Source: an uncultured delta proteobacterium
GTDB lineage: Bacteria; Myxococcota_A; Polyangia; Polyangiales; Polyangiaceae
Assembly (NCBI GenBank): GCA_963806225.1
Contig: CAWDXG010000004.1
Span: forward strand, 2,304,001-2,368,000
DNA length: 64,000 nt
Reading direction: 5' to 3'
Position numbers and translations under genes: made by a program. Positions 1 through 10,017 of the stretch are shown here, in pieces. Below the pieces are notes generated by a model. The model did no database searches and had not been told where the DNA came from. It worked only from the letters and a program-made list of their open reading frames with translations. How positions within the stretch are numbered: position 1 is the first letter of the stretch; every line of letters begins with the position of its first letter.

Positions 1-2
1 TG

Positions 3-71
3 ATTGTCTCGATGCTTCTTTTCGACCTGGTCTACGTTGCGGCGCTGGTCGTGCTCTACCCGCGGCTGTGA
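3..71 (+). CDS. 3' end of a membrane protein running in from the left edge
   Basis: Open frame IVSMLLFDLVYVAALVVLYPRL ending in TGA at 69-71; hydrophobic helix with GC3-biased codons. Confidence 0.5.
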   Translation: MVSMLLFDLVYVAALVVLYPRL

Positions 72-91
72 CGCAGGCGAGCGCGCGGCGG

Positions 92-424
92 TCACGGGGC
101 ACCTGCCTCATTCAGAGCGGTGAGCAGGCGATCTTTCGCCTGCTCGGGCACGTCGAGGAACTCCACCGCCACGTCGCAACGGGCCGGCTGCCCGCTGGGG
201 AGGAATTCAACCCATACGACCTGGGCGAGCAGCTCGAGCGTCGCTTCGCCCGGCATCAGGAGCTCGAGCTTCAGCCGGGTTCCGACGGGAATGCTCTCGT
301 CGCTGTACATCCGCATGCCACCAAGGCTCACGTCCTTTACCGGACGGCGCGGACCGCGGAGCCCCGGAGAGCGCCAGAACACATTGGCGTTGAGCCTGGG
401 ATAATGTCGTCGGTCCACTTGCAT
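92..424 (-). CDS. Single-domain PilZ (c-di-GMP binding) protein
   Basis: MQVDRRHYPR (RxxxR) and KDVSLGG (DxSxxG); RBS GAAGGAGG upstream of ATG 424; last gene of the EPS operon. Confidence 0.85.
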   Translation of the reverse strand: MQVDRRHYPRLNANVFWRSPGLRGPRRPVKDVSLGGMRMYSDESIPVGTRLKLELLMPGEATLELLAQVVWVEFLPSGQPARCDVAVEFLDVPEQAKDRLLTALNEAGAP

Positions 425-438
425 GTTCTCACCCTCCT

Positions 439-2175
439 TCAGGGTTGTCGCGCAAGGTGCACATCCAGCACCGTCATCGAGTAGGCGGGCAGCGAAACGT
501 CCAGCGTGCCCTTTCGCACTCCGGGCGCGCCCCGCACGAAACCGGTCGGGCCGCCGCGGTACACGAAGCGCCGCTGCCCGGCGACGCGACCGCACGGCGT
601 CATGTCCAGACTCGCCGCGATCAACGTCGCGGGATCGAGATCGAGCAGCACGATAATCATGTGCTTCCTGTCCGCGCTGCGCGACGCGAATACCGACAGC
701 CGCTGGTCGTCGGATGCCGCAGGCACCGAGGTATCGAGAAAGCGACCGCCCCTGCCGTCGTAATTGCGGTACGCCAGGAAGGCGAAGTACGCCGGTGAGC
801 TCCGAGCGGGAAAGTCCCAGTAGAACGCCGACCTGATGCCCTGCTGGCCGAAGCGGCCGAGCGCCTCGGCGACGGCGAGCCCTCCGCTCATGTGGGTTTC
901 CGCCCCGAAGTTGTACTCGCCGATGGAGATGCCGAGACCGGGATGTTTCTCCGCAATCCACTTCTTCAGCCGCGGGACAAGCTCGATCGGCTTGCCGATC
1001 CACGACTCGTCCGTGTAGCGCGGATCCCAGAGCGAGCGCACGGAGTGGATGCGACGCGCGGCCGTGTCCGGATCGGTACTCCCCGACTTGCCGAGACCCA
1101 TGCCCTCGCCCTGCGGATAGAAGTGCACGTCGACGAGGTCGAGCAGGCGCACGCCCGTGCTCTTCTCGTGCGCTGCGATCCGCTCGAGCCACCACGGCAG
1201 GAGCGCCTCGCCACCGTGCCCGTCGCGATCGGGGTGCAGCGGGTGGGCCGCGTGGTCGACACCGGAGCCGAAGTATGCCGGCCAGCCCCACAGCGCGGGC
1301 CCCGCAATCACCGCACCCGGGTCGGCTTCGCGGACAGCGGTCGCGTAGGCGATGGTGCGCTTGAGCAACTCGTCATACGAGACGGGCGCGGGATGGACGT
1401 CGCGATGCGTGTCGTTCCAGAGCATCGGCTCGTTGCCGAGGATGTACATCTGCACGCCACGACGACCACGCGCGCGGTCGGCCTTCCGGATCGCCTGGAC
1501 CCAGCGCCCGATGCTGGCGGGGGGCATGGGCACGCTGGTGCGCTCGGGCGGACCCGACTTCAGCGGCTTTCCGTCCGGGCTCACGCCGTTGCCGACGTCC
1601 GGATGTCCGGGCTCGGTGGCCTGCTGGGGTCCGTAGACGGACACGGGGAAGCTGTAGGAGCTGGTGTCCTTGGCAGCCCAGCCAATCATCGGAATCGTGA
1701 GCGCGGTGGCCATGCCGTGCGCGAGGTCCTCGTCGATGAAGCGCGCGTACGCCGGCCCTGGCTTTCCGTCGAAGTCGACGTTCTTGAAGAACCAGTCCTT
1801 GCCGGTGCTCCAGGCGTTGCCGAGCTCCCAGTTGTAGCGGCTGGTGTGGTTGCCACCCCAGCGACGCGCGGTCGCTCCGAGCTGCCACTGGTAGGCGTCG
1901 TGATGCATCGGCTGCTCGGCAATGCCGTAGATGAGCGGGCTGATGCGGTGGGCGGGCGCCTCGCACTGGATCACGACGCCCACGGGCAAACTGCCTGCCG
2001 ACGACACTTCGCCGGGTTGTCGTGCCGCCCAGGGCGGAGCCGGCGCCGCCCTGTGGACCGCCTGCGGCGGCACGCTGGCCCGCCCCCCGCAACGTGCGAG
2101 CGAGGCCAGGAGTGCACCGCCGACCAGCGTGAACGCCACACCCACTCCGAGCGAGAACATCCCCACGCGTGTCAT
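439..2175 (-). CDS. Glycoside hydrolase family 44 (EpsB-like endoglucanase), N-terminal membrane anchor
   Basis: ISPLIYG, RWGGNHTSRYNWE, LGNEP (acid/base), DVHFYPQ, RSLWDPRY, SIGEYNFG (nucleophile); ATG overlaps the upstream TGA. Confidence 0.85.
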   Translation of the reverse strand: MTRVGMFSLGVGVAFTLVGGALLASLARCGGRASVPPQAVHRAAPAPPWAARQPGEVSSAGSLPVGVVIQCEAPAHRISPLIYGIAEQPMHHDAYQWQLGATARRWGGNHTSRYNWELGNAWSTGKDWFFKNVDFDGKPGPAYARFIDEDLAHGMATALTIPMIGWAAKDTSSYSFPVSVYGPQQATEPGHPDVGNGVSPDGKPLKSGPPERTSVPMPPASIGRWVQAIRKADRARGRRGVQMYILGNEPMLWNDTHRDVHPAPVSYDELLKRTIAYATAVREADPGAVIAGPALWGWPAYFGSGVDHAAHPLHPDRDGHGGEALLPWWLERIAAHEKSTGVRLLDLVDVHFYPQGEGMGLGKSGSTDPDTAARRIHSVRSLWDPRYTDESWIGKPIELVPRLKKWIAEKHPGLGISIGEYNFGAETHMSGGLAVAEALGRFGQQGIRSAFYWDFPARSSPAYFAFLAYRNYDGRGGRFLDTSVPAASDDQRLSVFASRSADRKHMIIVLLDLDPATLIAASLDMTPCGRVAGQRRFVYRGGPTGFVRGAPGVRKGTLDVSLPAYSMTVLDVHLARQP

Positions 2176-3365
2176 CAGAGCTCCCCCTCTCTGGGTGTGC
2201 GGACCCATTCGCCGCGTCGCGCCGCCGAGCGCCTGCGTAGCAGTGTGAGCTTCCAGAGAATGTACGCCGGCGCCACAGCCAGGGTGACCAGCCCGCCCAG
2301 ACCCGTGTTCGAGAGCTTCCAGCCCCGGAGACCGTAGACGGTGAGACCCAGCAGACAACCGAGCCACAGCCACAGCACTCCGCTCGGGCGGCCGTCGATC
2401 CATGACAGCGCCGCCGAGGCCACCAGACCCGACGCGCCCAGCAGGATCAGCGTCGCCAGCGGAGGAACCAGGAGGTCGAGCGCGAGATCGAACGCGATCC
2501 AGTCCCGTCGTAGGAGGCCCCGGTGGAAGAGCTGCCAGGCATGCCGCCGCGCCATCTGCCGGCGCCCCTCCTCCCAGCGCTGGCGCTGCAGGCGGCTACC
2601 CCGCTCGTGGGCGGGCATCTCGCCGGACACGCGCACTTCGGGTGCGAACTCGACCGCATAGCCCGCCTCGCCGAGACGCAGGGCGTATTCCAGATCCTCG
2701 ACGATGGAGAACGCACGGTAGGGGACCTCCTTCAGCAGCGCCGCGCTGAAACACATGCCGTTGCCGTGCAGTCCCGACGACAGGCCGAGACGCTGGCGAG
2801 CCGTCGAACGCAGCGTATGCACCGTCGCCAGCGCGATCGCCATCAGCCGCGTTCGCCACGAGGCGCGCGGGTTCGCCACGGAGTAGTCGGCCTGGATGGC
2901 CCGGGCACCGAGCTCGAGGCGCGCAGCGAATGCCAGGAGCAGGTTCCGGGAAACGACGGTATCGGCGTCAACGACGACCACCGCGTCGGCACGTCCTTCG
3001 CGCAGACTGCGCTCGAAGGCTTCCACGAGCGCATAGCCCTTGCCCCGCTTCGTCGGGTCGTTCCGGAGGACGATCCCGGCGCCGGCGCCGGCGGCTATGG
3101 CAGCCGTGTCGTCGCTGCAGTTGTCGGCGACGACCACCACGTTGAACAGCGCGCGCGGATAGTCCACGCCGAGCAGGCTCGCGACGGTGCGCGCGACGTT
3201 GCGCGCCTCGTTGTGCGCCGGAACCACGATATCGAAGTGGAAGTGCGGCGGGACGGCCGGAGGCGTGTCCCCGCGCCACGACAAGGCCGAGAGCAACACG
3301 AGGTATCCCGTCGCGGCAACTTCGGGCACTGCCAGGGCAGCCAGTACGACCTCACCCGTGTTCAT
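2175..3365 (-). CDS. Family 2 glycosyltransferase
   Basis: VVPAHNE, ADNCSDDT, GKGYAL, VVDADT, IVEDLEY, QRQRW motifs; flanking TM helices. Confidence 0.9.
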   Translation of the reverse strand: MNTGEVVLAALAVPEVAATGYLVLLSALSWRGDTPPAVPPHFHFDIVVPAHNEARNVARTVASLLGVDYPRALFNVVVVADNCSDDTAAIAAGAGAGIVLRNDPTKRGKGYALVEAFERSLREGRADAVVVVDADTVVSRNLLLAFAARLELGARAIQADYSVANPRASWRTRLMAIALATVHTLRSTARQRLGLSSGLHGNGMCFSAALLKEVPYRAFSIVEDLEYALRLGEAGYAVEFAPEVRVSGEMPAHERGSRLQRQRWEEGRRQMARRHAWQLFHRGLLRRDWIAFDLALDLLVPPLATLILLGASGLVASAALSWIDGRPSGVLWLWLGCLLGLTVYGLRGWKLSNTGLGGLVTLAVAPAYILWKLTLLRRRSAARRGEWVRTPREGEL

Positions 3366-4945
3366 GCGGCAGCCGCCCCTTCCTTCTTCCCGGTCACGCG
3401 CTCTTCCGACACCACGAAAACGCGCTTGCGCTGGACACGCGGAGCAGCAGGCTGCTCGCCCGGCTTTTCGCGATCCGACCAGACGCCGGTCGCGACCGCG
3501 AGCTGGCCGATCACGGCGAGCGCGGGTGCCACCGTGAACACGCTGGTCCAGCTGCCGAGCGCCATGTCCCCATAGCAGTGCGCGAGGTAGACAACGATGT
3601 ATCCGGTGCTGGCCAGAGCGGCGACGCGGTCGCCGGAGTCACGTGCCCGCCGGTAGACGCGCGCAGCGAAGAAGATCGCCACCGAATAGATGCTCCACAG
3701 CGCCGCGAATCCGACAATGCCGCCGTACGCCCAGAGTCCGAGGATGCTGTTGTGCGGGACGTACCGGTAGAGCTTGTACACCTGCGAGATGTCCGGCAGC
3801 TTCACGAGCTCGATGTACCCGTGCCCGTAGCCTGCCCCCACGAGCGGATTCTGGCGCAACGTGTAGACCAGATCGTAGTTTTCCCAATCGCGCCACTCGG
3901 TCGATCGGTTCACGTCCGAGTCGACCACCGAGCGCGCGATCTCGACGGGGGCGAACGTCTCCGAGCTCGCGCTCCATCCGACGGCGATGTACAGGAGCAC
4001 CACCGGCGACGCCACGATCACCGCGCGCGTTACCGCCCGCCGGGCGCGGGTCCACGGCGTCAGGGAGTACAACGCAAACATCCCCACGGCCAGGTCGACC
4101 CAGACGATACGACGCGTGTTGGCGATCATGCCCGCCACCAGGATCGGCAACACGATGGCCGCGAACAGCACGCGCTTCCGGTCGAAACGCTCGAAGAGAA
4201 GTGCCACAACCAGGCAGACCGCTCCAGCGAAGAGCATCGAGTCCGGATGCGTCGTCGCGTACTCGAGCGCCGGTTGCCCCGCGGGCGGGACCACCGTCTC
4301 GCGGACATAGACGGCCAGCGCGGCCCGGATGCACGCGGCGAGGATGAGCACCTTTGCCAGCGCCGCCCTGTCCTTTGCCCCGCGCAGCGCAACGGCGAAC
4401 AGGAAGAAGAAGATGGGCAGGTACCCGACGCGCTGGACCTGCCAGAGCGAGCTCGCAAAGTCCGCTCCGCCGCGCGCGATGCCCCACAGCCACATGCCAA
4501 GAGCGGCCACGGGGATCAACAGGACGAAGAAGCGCATGGGGCGGGCGACAGCAACCCGACCGGCCCTGTCGATCAGGGAGCGGGCGGCCCAGCGGTAGAG
4601 CGCGACCGCCACCAGGTAGACCAGGATCAGGTCCAGCCCGGAGAACATCATCCACTTCTGGTCGAACGTGACGTTGAGGTGCACCATCAGCACCGCGCCG
4701 ATCGGATAGAGCGGCGACTTCCAGAGGCCCTGGGCGGGGTCGTCACCGGGGTTTTCCAGCGTCAGCGCCAGAAGTGTGAGGACGAGCAGCGGATAGCGCA
4801 GCGGCAGCTTCCAGATGGCGTACAGGACTGCAAAGAGGAGCGTCGGCGCGAGCGCCAGGCCGACGTTTCCGTTGCCGACCACGAGCATCACCAGCGTGAG
4901 CCCGCACAGAAGCACGACGGAGGCCGCGAAGAAGAACGACTTCAT
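3362..4945 (-). CDS. Wzy-type polysaccharide polymerase / O-antigen ligase family membrane protein
   Basis: About 12 hydrophobic segments; NPLVGAGYG and PHNSILGLW motifs of Wzy_C; ATGA overlaps at both ends. Confidence 0.75.
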   Translation of the reverse strand: MKSFFFAASVVLLCGLTLVMLVVGNGNVGLALAPTLLFAVLYAIWKLPLRYPLLVLTLLALTLENPGDDPAQGLWKSPLYPIGAVLMVHLNVTFDQKWMMFSGLDLILVYLVAVALYRWAARSLIDRAGRVAVARPMRFFVLLIPVAALGMWLWGIARGGADFASSLWQVQRVGYLPIFFFLFAVALRGAKDRAALAKVLILAACIRAALAVYVRETVVPPAGQPALEYATTHPDSMLFAGAVCLVVALLFERFDRKRVLFAAIVLPILVAGMIANTRRIVWVDLAVGMFALYSLTPWTRARRAVTRAVIVASPVVLLYIAVGWSASSETFAPVEIARSVVDSDVNRSTEWRDWENYDLVYTLRQNPLVGAGYGHGYIELVKLPDISQVYKLYRYVPHNSILGLWAYGGIVGFAALWSIYSVAIFFAARVYRRARDSGDRVAALASTGYIVVYLAHCYGDMALGSWTSVFTVAPALAVIGQLAVATGVWSDREKPGEQPAAPRVQRKRVFVVSEERVTGKKEGAAAA

Positions 4946-6096
4946 GACCGCTCCTCCACAAGCGCAGCGGAAGCCCGCACGGGAGCCGGGCTCCCGGCGG
5001 GTTCGCGGGCAATGACGTGCGACAGCCTGCGCCTGAGCCGGGCGCACGGCTTCTCGACCAGTACGTAGATCGCGTAGGCGGCCGCCAGCGACGCGGCAAG
5101 TGCGAGCACCGCGCGGGACAGCGAAGGCTCCGTCCCGAGCACTCCCAAGATGACGTGGTGCACGAGGTACAGCGAGTACGACAGCACGCCCACGAAGCTC
5201 ACCGCGCGCAGGTTGAGCAGGCGGAACGGTCCCCAGTCAGGATAGCGCATGGCCGCCACGAACAGCGGGCCGAGCGCGATGCCCTGGAGCGTGTAGCGGA
5301 AGCTCTGGCGGAAGCTGGGGTCGCGGTAGGCGAACGTGAACAGGAGCACGAGCAGGCTCGCCGGCAACAGCTGCCACTTCCAGACCTTCGCAGAAAACCG
5401 CGAGGGACCGTCCATGGCGGGGTTTCCGTAGAGGGCCAGCGCACAGCCGAAGAGGATCGAATCGACGCGGGTATCGCTCGCGAGATAGGTGCGGTTGGAA
5501 TCGGCGTGCAGCGCATAGACGAGGATCACGCGCCAGGCGAGCACGACCCCGCACAGCCCCCACACAACCAGCGCTTGCCGCGTCGTCGGCAGGAAGCGAC
5601 GCAGCAGGAAGTACAGCGCCGGGAACAGCAGGTAGAAGTGCTCCTCGACGGCGAGCGACCAGTACACGCCGGTACCGGACGGCATGCCGACGTATCCGTG
5701 CCCCACGATCCAGTAGTTCGCGTAGTACAGCGCCTGGGCTGCCAGGGCCTGCGGATGTACGCCGCCACTGACAATGCCTGCTGCAGCCGCCACGGCCGCG
5801 GCCACGAGCACTACGTAGAACGGCGGCAGGATGCGGAGCACGCGCCTGAGATAGAACTGCGAGAAGCTGATGGTCCCGCGCGAGTCGTGCTCGAGCCGGA
5901 GCAACGTGGTGATGAGGAATCCGCTCAGGAAGAAGAAGACGGTGACCCCGAAGCCGCCCGGGACAACGTCGTGAAGCCCCGCGTGCGCGACGAAGACCAG
6001 AAGAAACGACATCGCCCGTATCCCATCCAGCGAGGGGACGTGGAACGCGCGACGAGCAGTGGAAGCACCGCCCGGTCTTTCTGGAGAAGAGCTCAC
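4942..6096 (-). CDS. Acyltransferase family 3 (OafA/YrhL-like), polysaccharide O-acylation
   Basis: SLDGIRA, GVTVFFFLSGFLIT, FYLRRVLRILP, WSLAVEEHFYLLFP, SYSLYLVH. Confidence 0.9.
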   Translation of the reverse strand: MSSSPERPGGASTARRAFHVPSLDGIRAMSFLLVFVAHAGLHDVVPGGFGVTVFFFLSGFLITTLLRLEHDSRGTISFSQFYLRRVLRILPPFYVVLVAAAVAAAAGIVSGGVHPQALAAQALYYANYWIVGHGYVGMPSGTGVYWSLAVEEHFYLLFPALYFLLRRFLPTTRQALVVWGLCGVVLAWRVILVYALHADSNRTYLASDTRVDSILFGCALALYGNPAMDGPSRFSAKVWKWQLLPASLLVLLFTFAYRDPSFRQSFRYTLQGIALGPLFVAAMRYPDWGPFRLLNLRAVSFVGVLSYSLYLVHHVILGVLGTEPSLSRAVLALAASLAAAYAIYVLVEKPCARLRRRLSHVIAREPAGSPAPVRASAALVEERS

Positions 6097-7604
6097 TTGA
6101 GCCTGTGCCTAGGGAGAAGCCGCAGGTCGACCTCGCCCAGCAGCGGCCCGTCGAGGAGGCGTTCGATCTGGAAGCGCTCGACGAGGCGTCCCCTGCGCAC
6201 ATCGGCCATGACCGCCACCAATGTCCCGGCGCCGATCGCGGCCACGATCGCCGACAACAGGATCAAGGGCACGTTGGGGCTGACCGGCTTGCGAGGGAGC
6301 TCCGGCGCGGTGACCACGTTGTAGCGGTACTTGAATGCTACGCGCGCGGTTTCCAGTGCCATCTGGGCCTGCTGCGCCTTCTCGCGGAGCGCCGCGTACT
6401 TCGCCATGGCGTCCCTGAGCTGCTCGCGGGCGTACGTCGTCGTCGGATCGCGATCCAGACTGGCGTCGAGACCCAGAATGTCGTTCGACAGCTTCGGAGG
6501 TGTGGCGCTTGTGCTCACGGCCACCACGACGTTTCCATTGGACGACTCCGCGCGCTTCGCCAGAGCCAGCTTCTGCCTGTACTGCGAACGCACAGGAGCC
6601 AGCTCGTTCTCGAGCGCGCTCACCTGTGGCGATTTGGCGGACAGCGCCGCAATCGTCTGGCGCGCGTCGACGACGGATGGGTGGTTGTCGGTGTACTGCG
6701 CCTTGAGCTCGGCGAGCTTCGCCTGCGCCCCGGAGAGTCGGCGACGGCGCATGTCCTCGAGGTCGTCGATCACCCGCTGCTTGGCGTCGATCGCCAGCTT
6801 GAGCTGCGCGAGATCGGCCCTCACCCCGGGGTCGGGGCCCGGCGCCGCGCGACGCACGACACGACGTTGTGTCGGAGGGTGAGCCGGGGCCGATGCGCTG
6901 CCGGCCGCCGGCTCTTCCTTGACGGCGCGCATCTTCTCGATCGCGACCACGGCATCGTCCACGTCCGCCTTCTGCTCCTTCGCGTGGCGCCGGATGATGC
7001 CGATCGATTCGACCAGCGCCGTGACTTCCTGCGAGTAGCGCGACAGGAGGTAGTTCTGCTGGGCCTCGTCCACCAGGCGCACCGCCATCCGCGGATCGCT
7101 CCAGTCGAGGGCGATGGTGACCGTCCCGTCGGCGGTCCAGGCGGTGAGCTTCTTCTCGAGCAGGTCGACCATCGCGTCGGTCCGTTCCCGCTCGGTCGGC
7201 GGCGCGCCGAACAGACCGATGACCCAGTCGCGCGCGCGCTGCACCGGCGCCCTATGCTCGGCGTAGTGTTTCGCCAGATGGGTCGCGCGCACGATCCGGG
7301 CGAGGTTCTCGCGGCCCCGGATCGTCTCGATAGCTCCCTGCGTCGACGCGCCGGGGTCCTGCGCCTCACCCGCCACAGCCAGCGCCGGGTTCTGCTGGGC
7401 GAGCACCTTGGCTTCGACGTGGTACTTGCGCGGCAACGAGTACACCGCGGCCACCGCGAGGCCCACGATCCCGACGAACACCGCGAGGGCAAGCTTGCGA
7501 TGCCGCCGCAGGGCGCCCCGCGTGAAGCTCGCGTAGTCCCGAATCTTCTGGCGGTCGAAGAGCTCCTCGCTGCCCATTTGCCGCTCGGCGTCCGGATCGT
7601 GCAT
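6093..7604 (-). CDS. Polysaccharide co-polymerase / chain-length determinant (Wzz/GumC, EpsV-like)
   Basis: Two TM helices flanking a long coiled coil; YTDNHPSV and APELPRKPVSPN Pro-rich motif; no C-terminal tyrosine-kinase domain. Confidence 0.8.
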   Translation of the reverse strand: MHDPDAERQMGSEELFDRQKIRDYASFTRGALRRHRKLALAVFVGIVGLAVAAVYSLPRKYHVEAKVLAQQNPALAVAGEAQDPGASTQGAIETIRGRENLARIVRATHLAKHYAEHRAPVQRARDWVIGLFGAPPTERERTDAMVDLLEKKLTAWTADGTVTIALDWSDPRMAVRLVDEAQQNYLLSRYSQEVTALVESIGIIRRHAKEQKADVDDAVVAIEKMRAVKEEPAAGSASAPAHPPTQRRVVRRAAPGPDPGVRADLAQLKLAIDAKQRVIDDLEDMRRRRLSGAQAKLAELKAQYTDNHPSVVDARQTIAALSAKSPQVSALENELAPVRSQYRQKLALAKRAESSNGNVVVAVSTSATPPKLSNDILGLDASLDRDPTTTYAREQLRDAMAKYAALREKAQQAQMALETARVAFKYRYNVVTAPELPRKPVSPNVPLILLSAIVAAIGAGTLVAVMADVRRGRLVERFQIERLLDGPLLGEVDLRLLPRHRLK

Positions 7605-7946
7605 TCTTCCCCCGCGGAGGAGCGCTGCAAGCTCCGAGCCAGGCGTTCCGCCCACCGCGCCGCTCGATCGAGCATTCCGCCCCGGGCACCCGGGCCGCAA
7701 CGCGCGGTCTTTTGCCCCACTCGCGCAAGCTCGTTCGGAATTTGCGAATCACCTCGGTGCCCTGCCAAGTCGCCTCTGCGGCATGCCACCGACATGCGCG
7801 CAGAACGTTCGCACCTGGCGGGCGCCCCATGGACCTGCGCCCGGGCCGGCCGAGCCCGCGGAGGTATGGAACTCACCTACATTGTGCCCCCACCCGCGGC
7901 GTGAGGGACGACCGCACGCGGGTGTGCCGGGGCGTTCCCGGGCGTC

Positions 7947-7962
7947 CGGCACGATCACTGCA
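7947..7962 (+). promoter_or_regulatory. Putative sigma54 -24/-12 promoter
   Basis: CGGCACGATCACTGCA with exact GG-N10-GC spacing, about 30 nt before ATG 7992. Confidence 0.55.
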
Positions 7963-7991
7963 CAACGCTTGTGCGAGGGAGGATTTGCCAG

Positions 7992-8582
7992 ATGCCGAAC
8001 GCACAGTATGTCGAAAGCGGTCAAGCTCGACGCGTCGACATGGCGCGCGTCCATGAGCGCTGGGTCTCGACAGCAAGCCTGGTAAACCAGCAGATCCTTG
8101 CGCTGCACAAGCTGTCGCTCACGGTCGGCGGTGCGGCCGAGAAGACGTTCTTGAGTGAATGCGTGGCGAGCATCGAAGACGTCAACGACGCCATCCACGA
8201 GCTCCACGTGGCGGCCATCGACCCGCGCGTGCGCTCGTGGCTCACGCCCGATTCTCCGCTCAGCTCCTACGTCTCGGCCGCGTACTCCTGGTGCGTGAAT
8301 GTGCTGGCGTCACTGGCCGAGCTGACGTCGCTCGGCGACGGAACGCTGCGGGACGCCGGCGAACGCGTGCTGGCACACCGTTCATCCGAGTATGTGAAGA
8401 GCAGGCTCGAACCACTGTTCGAGCGCCTGGGCGACGTTTGCCAACCCGTTCGCACCCCGGAGCATCCGCTCGCCTGGATCTACGACCGCGCCCGGCATGT
8501 CGAGTCGGAGATCGCTTGCCTGGACTGGGAGCTCCGGACCGACGAGGCGGAAGAGGACCGAGAGGACGCGGCACCGGCGTAG
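7992..8582 (+). CDS. Hypothetical alpha-helical protein
   Basis: 196-aa ORF with typical codon bias, RBS GAGGGAGG and an upstream sigma54-like site; family not recognised. Confidence 0.65.
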   Translation: MPNAQYVESGQARRVDMARVHERWVSTASLVNQQILALHKLSLTVGGAAEKTFLSECVASIEDVNDAIHELHVAAIDPRVRSWLTPDSPLSSYVSAAYSWCVNVLASLAELTSLGDGTLRDAGERVLAHRSSEYVKSRLEPLFERLGDVCQPVRTPEHPLAWIYDRARHVESEIACLDWELRTDEAEEDREDAAPA

Positions 8583-8600
8583 CAACTCGGGAGCGACCCC

Positions 8601-10006
8601 CATCGCCGATCGCTTAAGCACCGCACGCCCCGAGTTTCAGCGCGATGCGCGGTCGCGAGCGTGACGGTCTGACCTCTCGGGCCATGCTGACGAGCGCTGT
8701 ACCGATCGCTGTAAATGCGCGTTCGCGAACCTCCCTGCTCGAGGACACGAGCGCATCGAGGAGGTCGCGCGCGTACGCGCGAACCACGTGCAAGGACGCG
8801 AGCGGTCGGAGCTGTTCGAGCGGGATCTCGTTGGCGAGGGCGGCCTGGATCCTCACGGACCGTCACGAGCACGTGGGCGAACATCGCGCCATAGGTGAGC
8901 GCTTCGATGGCGTGGCGGTCGGCCGTAAAGGAGCGCCCGAGGTCCGTGCTCTGCTTGATCTCGCGGAACAAGAGCTCGATGAGCCAGCGCAGGCGATAGC
9001 CCTGGATCACCTGCCGTGCGCTCAGCACGTGGCGAGGCACGGTCGTCAGGTACCAGCGGATGTCTTTGGACGTGTGCGCGTAGCCGACCAGGCGCAAGCC
9101 AATCAGCTCCTTGCCCTTGCCCCAGGTCACGTCGAGGTCAAACACCGTGCCGCGACGGCGCGAAACACTCTGCAGGTAGTAGGCGAGCGCCCATCCCGGC
9201 AACGGTTTCATGCCGCTCTTGGTGAGCACGCGCGCGACGCGGACCTTCGCGGTGCTCTTGAGCCATGAGCACGTGCGCGCCGCCTTCCTGGGCTGGAGGG
9301 AACAACGCGCGCTCGAAGAAGCCCAGGTCGAACAGGTACAGCACACCGCGCGTGAAGCCCGGTACGAGCTTCTTCCACAGCGGCGTCTCCGATGCAGTTT
9401 CCGCGTCGCAGATTCCATGCTCCAGCAACCCGGTCTTCAGGCTGTAGCCCATGACCCACTTCGTACCGGCCTTGCCTTTCGTGCAGCCCGGCAGACTTGG
9501 CGCGCCCACGTGGCGGAACGCGCTGCCGGTGCCGTCGTAGACGCGCACATCGTCGAAGCGACCGAGCGGGCCGTCGAGCGTCAGACCGGCAGCGACGACC
9601 ACGGAAGCGACCAGACGCTCCAGCGCGGCGCGAAAGAACGCTGCTGCCGAGGCCTGCTTGAAGCGCTTCTGGAACGGGCAGGGCCGCATGAACCCGAACC
9701 GCCGCACGAAGATCGCCCGCAGCGACGTGAACGTCAGCGTCTGCCCCACCAGAAAGGCTTCGACGACGGTGATCATCAACCGGAAGGCGGTGCCGACGCG
9801 CTGGCGCGGGTTGTAGCCGGTCTGCGCGCGAAGCTCGTCCACCACGGCGGGCGTGAACGCACGATGCAACGCTCGCTCCACGGCTTCGGCCTCTGCGCGC
9901 TCTGCTGGACGGGACGCGCGCTCGGGTAGCTCTCTTCTTCATACTCACCCAACGCAGAGCGGCCCGTCCAGCATTCCGCTAGGTTACGCGCAAAGGATCT
10001 GGGCAT
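8601..10006 (-). mobile_element. IS4-family insertion sequence (IS231-like ends), 1406 bp
   Basis: 11-bp direct repeat GGAGCGACCCC at 8590-8600 and 10007-10017; imperfect terminal IRs starting CAT (CATCGCCGATC / CATGCCCAGATC); encloses a DDE transposase. Confidence 0.85.
8614..9942 (-). pseudogene. IS4-family DDE transposase broken by about 5 frameshifts
   Basis: Pieces in different frames: VRVYDGT (D), LYLFDLGF (D), YRLRWLIELLFREIKQ (YREK motif with catalytic E). Confidence 0.85.
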
Positions 10007-10017
10007 GGAGCGACCCC

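Noticed and set aside
892..7904. Long plus-strand ORFs (481, 350, 496, 435, 599 aa) opposite the EPS operon
   Set aside because: Antisense shadows caused by high GC3 codon bias; no motifs. The same applies to most overlapping ORFs in the track
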